A stretch of DNA of 43,355 bases, from positions 1 to 43,355 of the IMG/VR virus record IMGVR_UViG_3300020508_000002; one strand, 5' to 3'. The stretch is from a virus. Lineage: Duplodnaviria > Caudoviricetes. Below the pieces are notes generated by a model. That model was not told the DNA's origin. It made no database searches and was given only the letters and a program-made list of their open reading frames with translations. The translations under genes were made by a program, and so were the position numbers. Shown here piece after piece: positions 18,992-26,744 of the stretch; positions within the stretch are counted from its first letter, which is position 1; the number at the start of each line of letters is the position of its first letter.

Positions 18992-19022
18992 GGAGCCCCT
19001 GCCGATTGGTGGGGGCTTCTTG
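18992..19022 (+). terminator. Hairpin-family terminator closing the early region
   Basis: GGAGCCCCTGCC/GGTGGGGGCTTC followed by TT. Confidence 0.6.
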
Positions 19023-19166
19023 CTGTCTCGGGTGGCATTGAGTGGCGAGCGTGTCGGGCAGTGTCGCCCACAGTGAGAGCGTGAGAGATGCGCCCACTGG
19101 CTCACCCTCACTTCATCACTCACCCTGGCCGCGTCTCAGCTGCTCGACGTGCCGGAATGGCAGACA

Positions 19167-19259
19167 GGGCAGGACGTCACCCCACCGACAGGGCAGGACG
19201 TGGGGAGAGGGAGAGGGCAGGACGTGCCACGACGTAGGGCAGGACGTGGGGCAGGACGT
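19167..19259 (+). repeat. Five direct copies of GGGCAGGACGT (iteron/pac-like)
   Basis: Copies start at 19167, 19191, 19215, 19237 and 19249. Confidence 0.9.
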
Positions 19260-19639
19260 CACCACCTGGCCATCGTTCCGGACTCCATCCCTCCCCACTG
19301 CCCAAGCCCCCAACGTCCCCCCGCTCATCGATCCACACCAACCACCACCCCCCCCACCGCAGAGGGGACCCCAAGCGCGTAATTGATAGCACGTTCCCGT
19401 ACGTTTGACTAAAATTTTTCGGGGTTGCGGAGAGACTGCAGCGTGTCCTAGCGGTGAATTCCTCCTTCTTAGGCCTGATTTGCTCCCGAATGGGGTGAAA
19501 ATGCAGTAAATCTGTACCCGGAGTTAAAAATCTTCCACATTTGTTTCAAAAAGACCCACCTAACAGGTGGAATCCACCAGTGCCAGCTTCTTTCAGGAGC
19601 AATTGTTGACTATCTTGCTGTGTTGACCGAACTAACAGG

Positions 19640-19880
19640 TGGAGTTCTCTAGCTCCCCCCACGGTTTACTACTGTTGTAGACGGTCGCCGTAGCCAAGTT
19701 CTTTTAGCCGACACCGGATTTAATGAGATGACGTTCATAACGCTGCTTGTTCCTCTTACGCAACAGGGGCAAGACCATCTTTCTTCATTCTTGCTTGGGT
19801 GCAGGGAACATCAACCCACGTTCCCGTGTAAACACCAGCAGAGTGCAACTCCCTACGTGGCCATGGTCCTTTACCTTGTG
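19640..19880 (-). ncRNA. Candidate structured non-coding RNA
   Basis: Downstream of a minus-strand promoter, no credible ORF, several helices whose G-U wobbles work only on the minus strand; 3' end uncertain. Confidence 0.5.
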
Positions 19881-19885
19881 CACCA

Positions 19886-19914
19886 AAGATACACGATGAT
19901 CCAGCTCAGCGCAA
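19886..19914 (-). promoter_or_regulatory. Leftward sigma70-type promoter
   Basis: TTGCGC-N17-TATCTT. Confidence 0.55.
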
Positions 19915-19944
19915 CCTCAGGAGCAAATTATCTTATAAAAGTTG

Positions 19945-19973
19945 TTGACACGAGGTTTAGCTAGTACTATTGT
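19945..19973 (+). promoter_or_regulatory. Rightward sigma70-type promoter
   Basis: TTGACA-N17-TATTGT just upstream of an AAAGGA SD. Confidence 0.7.
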
Positions 19974-19994
19974 GAATGTCAACAGAAAGGAACC

Positions 19995-20087
19995 ATGATG
20001 ACATGGCAAGAAGCAATTGTACGGTGGGATGGCGAAGAGCCAATCTACGTAGAGAAGGAAAAGAACCCATCGGAGGGCGTGTGGTGA
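19995..20087 (+). CDS. Small hypothetical protein (30 aa)
   Basis: AAAGGA SD; MMTWQEAIVRWDGEEPIY...; GTGA overlap with the next gene. Confidence 0.5.
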   Translation: MMTWQEAIVRWDGEEPIYVEKEKNPSEGVW

Positions 20088-20335
20088 AAGCTAACGACAT
20101 GACAGCTGAGGAATGGCTGAAGTATGGCTGGGAACGTGGTTACTGCGGCCCAGCTCTGTGTGCGACCCATGATGGGTTTCCTACCGACCCTGAAGAGGAC
20201 GAAGCTCTAGATGAGGGGTACGATCCTTGTATGCACCTTGTTCGCCTCTACGAAGATCATGAGCAGCGCCGTCGTATAGAGGAGAACCACTCTCCTACAC
20301 AGTGGCGGGCTAGTAACAGGGGGTGGGACAAGTGA
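20084..20335 (+). CDS. Phage hypothetical protein
   Basis: GGAGG SD before GTG; EWL.YG...GYC...C.THDG...DPC motif. Confidence 0.7.
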   Translation: MKANDMTAEEWLKYGWERGYCGPALCATHDGFPTDPEEDEALDEGYDPCMHLVRLYEDHEQRRRIEENHSPTQWRASNRGWDK

Positions 20336-20532
20336 ACTACAACAGGAGTCGTTACTGGACGCAAAGCACCCTATCTCGCCTCATTGACTCGCAAGAGGCA
20401 CATGGGCGTACGCAAGAAGAGCTAGAAGTCGCTAAAAAACGGATTTCGGAGCTCGAAGGCATCTTAAACACACTTTTAAAAAAGATCTCCGAAACAAACG
20501 CAAAGTCTCTCACGGAGGAGGAAAATGAGTGA
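20332..20532 (+). CDS. Small coiled-coil protein
   Basis: GTGA overlap; heptad-like sequence. Confidence 0.6.
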   Translation: MNYNRSRYWTQSTLSRLIDSQEAHGRTQEELEVAKKRISELEGILNTLLKKISETNAKSLTEEENE

Positions 20533-20782
20533 AAAGCAGCAAGTTCTCCCTTTTCAGCCAGTTATTGATAAATTGCGGGGTATTAACGATTCTGACTGTG
20601 ATTTTGCATTGGCTCTTGGCGTAAGCCGCGACGTCATGCGTAACTGGGTCAAACGAGGAATTAGGTTCTACCGGGCAGATAAGCTAGCCTGTAGCCTGGG
20701 ATACCACCCCTCGTACTTTTGGCCAAAAGAATATTGGGATTTACCCGAAACCACCGAATCAGAAGATATGATATCCGCATAG
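20525..20782 (+). CDS. Helix-turn-helix DNA-binding protein
   Basis: FALALGVSRDVMRNWVKRG...ADKLACSLGYHP..FW. Confidence 0.75.
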   Translation: MSEKQQVLPFQPVIDKLRGINDSDCDFALALGVSRDVMRNWVKRGIRFYRADKLACSLGYHPSYFWPKEYWDLPETTESEDMISA

Positions 20783-20789
20783 GAGGATT

Positions 20790-21173
20790 ATGAATCACAT
20801 CACTATTATTGGAAATTTAGGACAAGATCCGGAGCTTTCTTTCACAACAGGTGGAAAAGCTAAGGTCAAGTTCAGCATTGCGGATACCCGTGATGTAAAC
20901 GGTGTTAAGGAAACAACCTGGCACCGCTGTGTAGCATGGGGGAAGACCGCTGAAAACGTTGCTTCAATGTTCGCTAAAGGCAATCGTGTTATGGTTGTGG
21001 GTCGTTATAAGACAGACGAATATACCACTAAAGCCGGAGAAAAGAAGACCGTAATGGAAGTCCTTGTGGACGATTGCGGCCCAAGTATCCGGTTTGAGCT
21101 TCCAAACGACGATCGCCCTAAGTTTAGCCAGCCATCAGAACCGCAAGCACTATTTGATGAAGCGCCATTTTAA
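20790..21173 (+). CDS. ssb: Single-stranded DNA-binding protein
   Basis: ITIIGNLGQDPEL, WHRCVAW, KGNRVMVVGR, acidic tail ending DEAPF. Confidence 0.93.
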   Translation: MNHITIIGNLGQDPELSFTTGGKAKVKFSIADTRDVNGVKETTWHRCVAWGKTAENVASMFAKGNRVMVVGRYKTDEYTTKAGEKKTVMEVLVDDCGPSIRFELPNDDRPKFSQPSEPQALFDEAPF

Positions 21174-21984
21174 ATGGATGCAAGAAGCGAAGTGTCGCGT
21201 TGAAGGTTATGACACAAACCTTTGGTTTCCATCAGAACCGCAAGGAAAAGACTTTTTCGCCCTTGCACGAGCGATTTGCAACGAATGTACAGTCAAAGCA
21301 GACTGTTTAGATTACGCACTAAGTTTCCCGTCAGTAGAAGATGTGGCGGGGATGTACGGAGGATTATCACCATGGCAGAGGGAAACCATACGTCAGAACC
21401 GTTTGACGACGAAACCTACCACAAACAGCTCGTATGGGAGCAGTTCCTACAAGATGCCGTCGAAGCGGGTAACAAAGCCATCGAATGGTTCGATCTCGCG
21501 GATTACTCAGAAGAGTTGGTTTCAGAAGCAGAGCTTGAGGAAGTCTATAACGAAAGATGGCAAACAACCGGAGATGTTGTTGTCGCCGCTTACAACTTCT
21601 TGTGGCCTGAGATTGAAGCATTGGCAATCAAGCTGGGAGTCCCGTTCCAGCCTGAAATCGGAGAGATTGATGGTATCGAACATGACGACTGAGTACTACA
21701 CACCAAAGCAGACAAAACTCCTGCTTTCTTCAACTCAAGCTGCACCGGACAGTGCAGTATCAGCACAAGCGCTAGCTGGCATCCTTTCTGCCGGTTGGCC
21801 TGACCCATTGCCTGAGCATATTGCTTCTGCTATATTTATGGGGTGTTCGTATGTCATGAACCTAGGAAAAATGGCATATGATGCTGGGAGCATCACTCCT
21901 GAGGAAAATGCTTCCATCCAAGGTATTTGTGAGTTGTCTATGCAAATATGGAAAAATATCTACGAACAGGTAAAATCGGAATAA
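21157..21984 (+). CDS. whiB: WhiB-family Fe-S transcription regulator with long in-frame extension (a separate gene may start at 21670/21682)
   Basis: W..A.C...FP...A.AICxxC.V...CLDYAL...GMYGGLS..QR; no stop until 21984. Confidence 0.85.
   Translation: MKRHFKWMQEAKCRVEGYDTNLWFPSEPQGKDFFALARAICNECTVKADCLDYALSFPSVEDVAGMYGGLSPWQRETIRQNRLTTKPTTNSSYGSSSYKMPSKRVTKPSNGSISRITQKSWFQKQSLRKSITKDGKQPEMLLSPLTTSCGLRLKHWQSSWESRSSLKSERLMVSNMTTEYYTPKQTKLLLSSTQAAPDSAVSAQALAGILSAGWPDPLPEHIASAIFMGCSYVMNLGKMAYDAGSITPEENASIQGICELSMQIWKNIYEQVKSE
21372..21692 (+). CDS. Acidic hypothetical protein nested within the whiB frame
   Basis: GGAGG SD 9 nt before ATG; protein-like acidic sequence MAEGNHTSEPFDDETY... Confidence 0.7.
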   Translation: MAEGNHTSEPFDDETYHKQLVWEQFLQDAVEAGNKAIEWFDLADYSEELVSEAELEEVYNERWQTTGDVVVAAYNFLWPEIEALAIKLGVPFQPEIGEIDGIEHDD

Positions 21985-22478
21985 TGTCAGAATCGGACGA
22001 AATGCGGGAAAAGCGTATCGCCAATATCCTCCCCCATGCTTTTACACCTGAGAACGCAGCAGAAAACGCCCGCAAGGCCGCAGTCTCTCGTCAAAAAAAC
22101 AAAGACATGGAAAAGCATGTTCGTACCGGTTATTCAAAAGAAATCGTCACAGCGCAGGAACAGCTTAAAAAGCTAGGCCTTAGCAAGATGGCTGCAGCTA
22201 TTCCACGCGAGGACCTCCCTCAGATGGCTATTGCGATCATGGCAGACAACGCTTTGCGTGTTTTGGGTGGAGAATGGGAAATCAAGTCAGCTGAAGAAGC
22301 TACAAAGATTGCCAAGGTATGGCACGACATTCTCCGTCTTGAGATGAACCAAGCTACTACCATTTCCGGCACACAAAATGAGACCCCCGAAACGAGACAA
22401 AACCGCCTTGAAGAACTCCGTCTTGAGGCTAAGCGTCGCGTTGAAGGTGGGTTGAGGGCTGTCGCTGGTGACGCATGA
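21984..22478 (+). CDS. Probable terminase small subunit
   Basis: Immediately upstream of terL; helical; FTPENAAENARKA motif. Confidence 0.5.
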   Translation: MSESDEMREKRIANILPHAFTPENAAENARKAAVSRQKNKDMEKHVRTGYSKEIVTAQEQLKKLGLSKMAAAIPREDLPQMAIAIMADNALRVLGGEWEIKSAEEATKIAKVWHDILRLEMNQATTISGTQNETPETRQNRLEELRLEAKRRVEGGLRAVAGDA

Positions 22479-24061
22479 GCCAACTCCTATCCGATGAAGA
22501 GTTTAATAACCTCTCTACTCGCGAACAAGATGAGTATCTCAAGCTTCTTGAAGAAGACCTTACAGCTTGGTCTCTCCAAGGTAACGAAAGGCAGCTACGC
22601 GCAAATGCGCTACTCGGCAAAGTTGACTGGCTCCTTTACGGCGGTGCAGCGGGTGGAGGTAAATCAGAGCTTCTTACCTACCACGTACACCAGCTCAGCC
22701 TCCGGTTTCCAGGTCATAGAAGCCTACTTATTCGTACCTCCCTCCCCGAACTCCGACGATCTCTGATTATTCGTACCCAGGTACGGTATGCACAGGTAGA
22801 AGTAGACGCAGTATTGCGAAGCGTCGACAACGTTAAAGCGTGGTGGTATGGCAATGGAAGTATTATTGAATACGGTTACTGCGCCCGCGATGAGGATGTT
22901 AGCCAGTTCATGTCTGCTGAGTATGACTTTATTGGCTTTGACGAAGCTACGCAGTTCACGCCGTACCAAATGCTAATGATCTCCGGCCGTCTGCGTACCA
23001 GCAAAAAGATGGCTGCAAAGGGTGTTAGAACCCACGTTATGTTTGCCACCAACCCAGGCGACCGTGGACATACTTTTTTGTACCAAATGCTTGTTGGGCC
23101 TACCCAATACGGTAAATACGCTGTTGTGTACGATGTGTCAAACGGATTTGAGGATCCACCAATTGTACGTCTTGTGGAGCTTCCGGAAGACTTAGAGGAG
23201 TTACAGAACCTTGAAATCGAACATGACCCGAACGACCACCTTGTCGTTGCTTTTGTCCCTTCTACTGTTGTTGATAACCCCTATATTGACCCGACTTACA
23301 AAAAGCACCTATCAATGCTTCCTGAGACGGAACGAAGACAAAAGCTCATGGGCGACTGGGACACGTTTTCGGGACAGTATTTCGTGGAATTTCAACGTAA
23401 CATTCACGTTGTTCCCCCATTCCCGATCCCGGATTCGTGGCAAAAATATCGCGGTGTCGACTTCGGAACAGCAAACCCTTACTGCTGCCTGTGGGGCGCG
23501 ATCGACCCGTCTGACAGCACTATGTATATCTATAGGGAAAGTTATGCTAAAAACCTCACTGCAGCACAGCAAGCCCGGACTATCAAAAGCTTATCTGTAT
23601 CTTCCGAAAACAAACCGGAAACTTACGTTATGAGCGTTGGTGACCCGTCCATGTTTAACAACACGGCGGGCACCGGAACTACAGTTGCAGGACAGTACAA
23701 CAGCAACGGCGTTATCCTAACTAGGGCCAAGAACCAACGTATTGGTGGATGGCAGAACGTACGTCGATATATGGCACCGAGCCCCGTCGATGGCGTTATC
23801 CGTCTTAAAGTGTTTGATAACTGCGTTAATTTAATTAGAACCCTCCCTCAAATGAGGTACGACAAAGGCAATTCTGAAGACTTGGACACCAAGGACGAAG
23901 ACCACGCAGTTGACGCTTTGCGGTATTTGTTAGGCTGCAGACCCTATGAGGTCCATAAACGCGCAGCTAAGAAGTATGCTGAAGGTGCAGATGGACGTGT
24001 ACAGCGTTACATTGAAAGACTCGACAAAATGGGCAAACGCTCAAAAACGAAACGGTGGTAA
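22475..24061 (+). CDS. terL: Terminase large subunit
   Basis: YGGAAGGGKS Walker A, FIGFDEA Walker B, ATNPG, GVDFG, DHAVDALRY. Confidence 0.95.
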   Translation: MSQLLSDEEFNNLSTREQDEYLKLLEEDLTAWSLQGNERQLRANALLGKVDWLLYGGAAGGGKSELLTYHVHQLSLRFPGHRSLLIRTSLPELRRSLIIRTQVRYAQVEVDAVLRSVDNVKAWWYGNGSIIEYGYCARDEDVSQFMSAEYDFIGFDEATQFTPYQMLMISGRLRTSKKMAAKGVRTHVMFATNPGDRGHTFLYQMLVGPTQYGKYAVVYDVSNGFEDPPIVRLVELPEDLEELQNLEIEHDPNDHLVVAFVPSTVVDNPYIDPTYKKHLSMLPETERRQKLMGDWDTFSGQYFVEFQRNIHVVPPFPIPDSWQKYRGVDFGTANPYCCLWGAIDPSDSTMYIYRESYAKNLTAAQQARTIKSLSVSSENKPETYVMSVGDPSMFNNTAGTGTTVAGQYNSNGVILTRAKNQRIGGWQNVRRYMAPSPVDGVIRLKVFDNCVNLIRTLPQMRYDKGNSEDLDTKDEDHAVDALRYLLGCRPYEVHKRAAKKYAEGADGRVQRYIERLDKMGKRSKTKRW

Positions 24062-24064
24062 CAA

Positions 24065-24472
24065 ATGTTACGTGTAGACCATTACTTATATCTTCCAGGT
24101 TGCTGCGGTTTTTGCCGTAGTGTCAACCTGCCTACGATTGACACAGGGATTGACTTAGATCACCCCAATAGCCCCGATGATGACAACCCATCGGCTAACC
24201 GCCGGTTTTATGTTTGTGCTGACTGTTGTGTTGAACTAAGCCGCATGGTTCTTGATTCTCGCAACTTAGAGCTTATTACAGCCGGTTCCAACCAGGCGCT
24301 GTCTGACATGATTACCGAACTGTCGGAAAACAACGTAAAGCTGTCCGGTCGTATTGAGGAGCTTGAAACGGCGCTTCGGATCATGAACAGTATCCCTAAA
24401 GCACCTATCGAAGAAGCACCGCCAGCTAAAAAGAACTTTAAAGTCGTCTCACCAAAGGATGTAGAATTGTGA
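24065..24472 (+). CDS. Hypothetical protein, CxxC..CxxC plus coiled coil
   Basis: CGFC and CADC motifs; operon position. Confidence 0.65.
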   Translation: MLRVDHYLYLPGCCGFCRSVNLPTIDTGIDLDHPNSPDDDNPSANRRFYVCADCCVELSRMVLDSRNLELITAGSNQALSDMITELSENNVKLSGRIEELETALRIMNSIPKAPIEEAPPAKKNFKVVSPKDVEL

Positions 24473-24687
24473 TAATGTTGTCTATTGTAGCTCTCGGTAA
24501 TATGGGAGTTACTATTTGGCTTGTTCGTGAGAACCGTCGAATTACACAATTAGCTATTTCACGTCACACGGGAGACTTTACATCAATGGTTAGGGCTGAG
24601 AAGACTCCTGCTTCTAAGAAAAAGAAGACCGATGATGAAGAGACCTACCACACATGGCGTGTCCCATCTGAAGGAGTCGCTCCGTGA
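24469..24687 (+). CDS. Small membrane-anchored hypothetical protein
   Basis: GTGA overlaps at both ends; hydrophobic N-terminus. Confidence 0.55.
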   Translation: MIMLSIVALGNMGVTIWLVRENRRITQLAISRHTGDFTSMVRAEKTPASKKKKTDDEETYHTWRVPSEGVAP

Positions 24688-26744
24688 AGCCTTGGGCCCC
24701 GCCTGGTGCTGCCGATGTAATTGGCATGTGGCAGAAAGCCGACCAGTACCTCGTTAAAGAACGCCGCGACTACTGGATGAATGCCTCTTATTACGCTTCT
24801 CACCAGTGGATTTGGTGGGATGCAACCCGCAACGTCGTACAGGAGCTTGATTACGCCAACGAGGCAGAACGCAACTCCCGTATCACTATTGACAAATACG
24901 GGCCACGCACCCGCAGCCTTTTGGCTCGCCTAACACGATCTGAGCTTATTTGGGAAGTCCAGCCTACTGGTATGGACGATTCCTCTATGCGTCGTCAACG
25001 TTTGCAGGAACACCTGCTTTTGGGTGAACAGCGCCACAACAACTGGGAAGACATTCGTGAAATGTCTATTCTTCAAACATTGTTCGGCGGAGCTAGCGCA
25101 ATTTCTGTGGACTGGGACCCTGACAAGGGTGAAGACTACACCATGGACGCAATGTCCAATATCTCCGTTCCGGTTGGTGGTATCAGACTGACACCGCTTG
25201 GTATTAACGAGTTCACCCTTGAACCAGGTTCCCACAACGATCGAGACGCCCGCTGGTGGATTCGTTGTACTAGCCTCCCACCGGAGCAAGTACAGGAAAG
25301 ATACAACCTTGAAGAAGTTCCACAAGCCGACGCAGAAGCTATGCTTTCTTCTCGCCATCGCAGTATTTTGCTACGTCGTCCGGGTGGTGCCCCGCCAAAA
25401 ACAACCCTTGTCTACGTCTACTACGAACGACCCACTTCACGCGGCCCCGGATGCGTAATCCATGTTGTTAACGGCAAAGTTGTACTTCAAGAAGATGAAT
25501 GGCCATTCCCGTTCAAGCACCTGAATATTGCGCTTTTTCGTCAAAACAAGATCCCTACCAGCTGGGTTGGGCACACCTTACTTACGCCCGCGCGAGACGT
25601 TCAGTACGCATACAACCGAGCACGTTCAACGATTCTTGAACACATGCGTAAGGCAGCCAACGCTCGTTTGATGATCCCAGCAGGATCCGTCGACGACGCT
25701 GACATGATCACAATCGACCCAGCAGATACCCTGGAATACAACAGCGAGATTGGTGAACCACACTGGCAAACCGCTCCTGAGGTACCTCGTTGGATTTCCG
25801 GTGAAGCAGCGCAGCTAGAAGCTGAAATGGATGACATTTTCCATACGCACCAAACCACACGAGGCGAAGCCCCTGGCGACCGCAACAGTGGACTTGCTTT
25901 GGCTTTGCTTGCTGAAAAAGACGATACACCTCTCGGCCCGATGGCTAAGGACCAATCAATGGGTTGGGGTCGTATTGGCGAGATGACGCTTGCTTTGTAC
26001 CGTATGAATGCAGAAAGCTCCGGGATCACCCGAAACGTAATGCTTATTACTGAACAGGGCGTCCCTCACCAGGTCACATGGAACGCTAAAGACATTGACG
26101 AAAAGCCAATCGTTCTTGTTCCAATTGACGCAACAATGCCACGCAGCAAACTTGCTACACAGTCAATGATTACCTCGCTTGCTCAGCAATTCCCGATGGT
26201 GTTCCAAAACGTAGACGCCAGGTCTATCAGCAAGATGCTCGATCTTCCGGATCCCAAGCTGTTCTTGTCTCAGCAAAACCCTGACATGGCTAAAGCTGAA
26301 TGGGAGAACGGTCTCCTTATGCAAGGCGTACCGGTCATTCCTGAAGACTTTGACGTTCACGACATTCACATCAACATCCACAACACCGAACGCAAGAGTC
26401 CGGCATACGAGCTTGCAGACCCTGAGGTTAAGCAGCTTATTGACGCCCATATCATGGCTCACGTTCAGTACATGTCTAATGAGGTTGCAGCAACCATGGC
26501 CCAAGCTGACCAGGAGTCAATGGGTATGACGCCCGATCCTGGTGTAATGGCTGCATTGCAATCCGGTGCGGGTTTGCCAATTCCTGAAAGTCAAATGGAC
26601 ATCGAACAAGAAATGATCGATATGGAAAGATCTTCCCAAATGGCACCACAAGGTATGCCTATGATGGGCGAAGAGCAAATGATGGATCCGTCGATGATGG
26701 ACCCCTCAATAATGGGTGGTATGCCCGGAATGGAAGGAATGTAA
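24684..26744 (+). CDS. Portal protein
   Basis: 686 aa, between terL and scaffold; M/P/Q-rich tail; SGLAL..L.E motif of P22-like portals. Confidence 0.85.
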   Translation: MKPWAPPGAADVIGMWQKADQYLVKERRDYWMNASYYASHQWIWWDATRNVVQELDYANEAERNSRITIDKYGPRTRSLLARLTRSELIWEVQPTGMDDSSMRRQRLQEHLLLGEQRHNNWEDIREMSILQTLFGGASAISVDWDPDKGEDYTMDAMSNISVPVGGIRLTPLGINEFTLEPGSHNDRDARWWIRCTSLPPEQVQERYNLEEVPQADAEAMLSSRHRSILLRRPGGAPPKTTLVYVYYERPTSRGPGCVIHVVNGKVVLQEDEWPFPFKHLNIALFRQNKIPTSWVGHTLLTPARDVQYAYNRARSTILEHMRKAANARLMIPAGSVDDADMITIDPADTLEYNSEIGEPHWQTAPEVPRWISGEAAQLEAEMDDIFHTHQTTRGEAPGDRNSGLALALLAEKDDTPLGPMAKDQSMGWGRIGEMTLALYRMNAESSGITRNVMLITEQGVPHQVTWNAKDIDEKPIVLVPIDATMPRSKLATQSMITSLAQQFPMVFQNVDARSISKMLDLPDPKLFLSQQNPDMAKAEWENGLLMQGVPVIPEDFDVHDIHINIHNTERKSPAYELADPEVKQLIDAHIMAHVQYMSNEVAATMAQADQESMGMTPDPGVMAALQSGAGLPIPESQMDIEQEMIDMERSSQMAPQGMPMMGEEQMMDPSMMDPSIMGGMPGMEGM

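Noticed and set aside
19167-19259. GGGCAGGACGT array as a mini-CRISPR
   Set aside because: Repeats are 11 bp with 1-13 bp spacers, far too short, and there are no cas genes
19042-19392. ORFs called over the repeat region
   Set aside because: Low-complexity translations of repeats with no SD
19640-19880. Group II intron, retron or tRNA identity for the structured region
   Set aside because: No domain V motif, no reverse transcriptase in the genome, no cloverleaf or T-loop consensus
19728-19964. Plus-strand 78-aa ORF
   Set aside because: No SD, atypical composition, and it runs through two promoters
23100-23250. Acidic insertion in terminase as an intein
   Set aside because: Only ~45 aa, with no C/S...HN splice motifs
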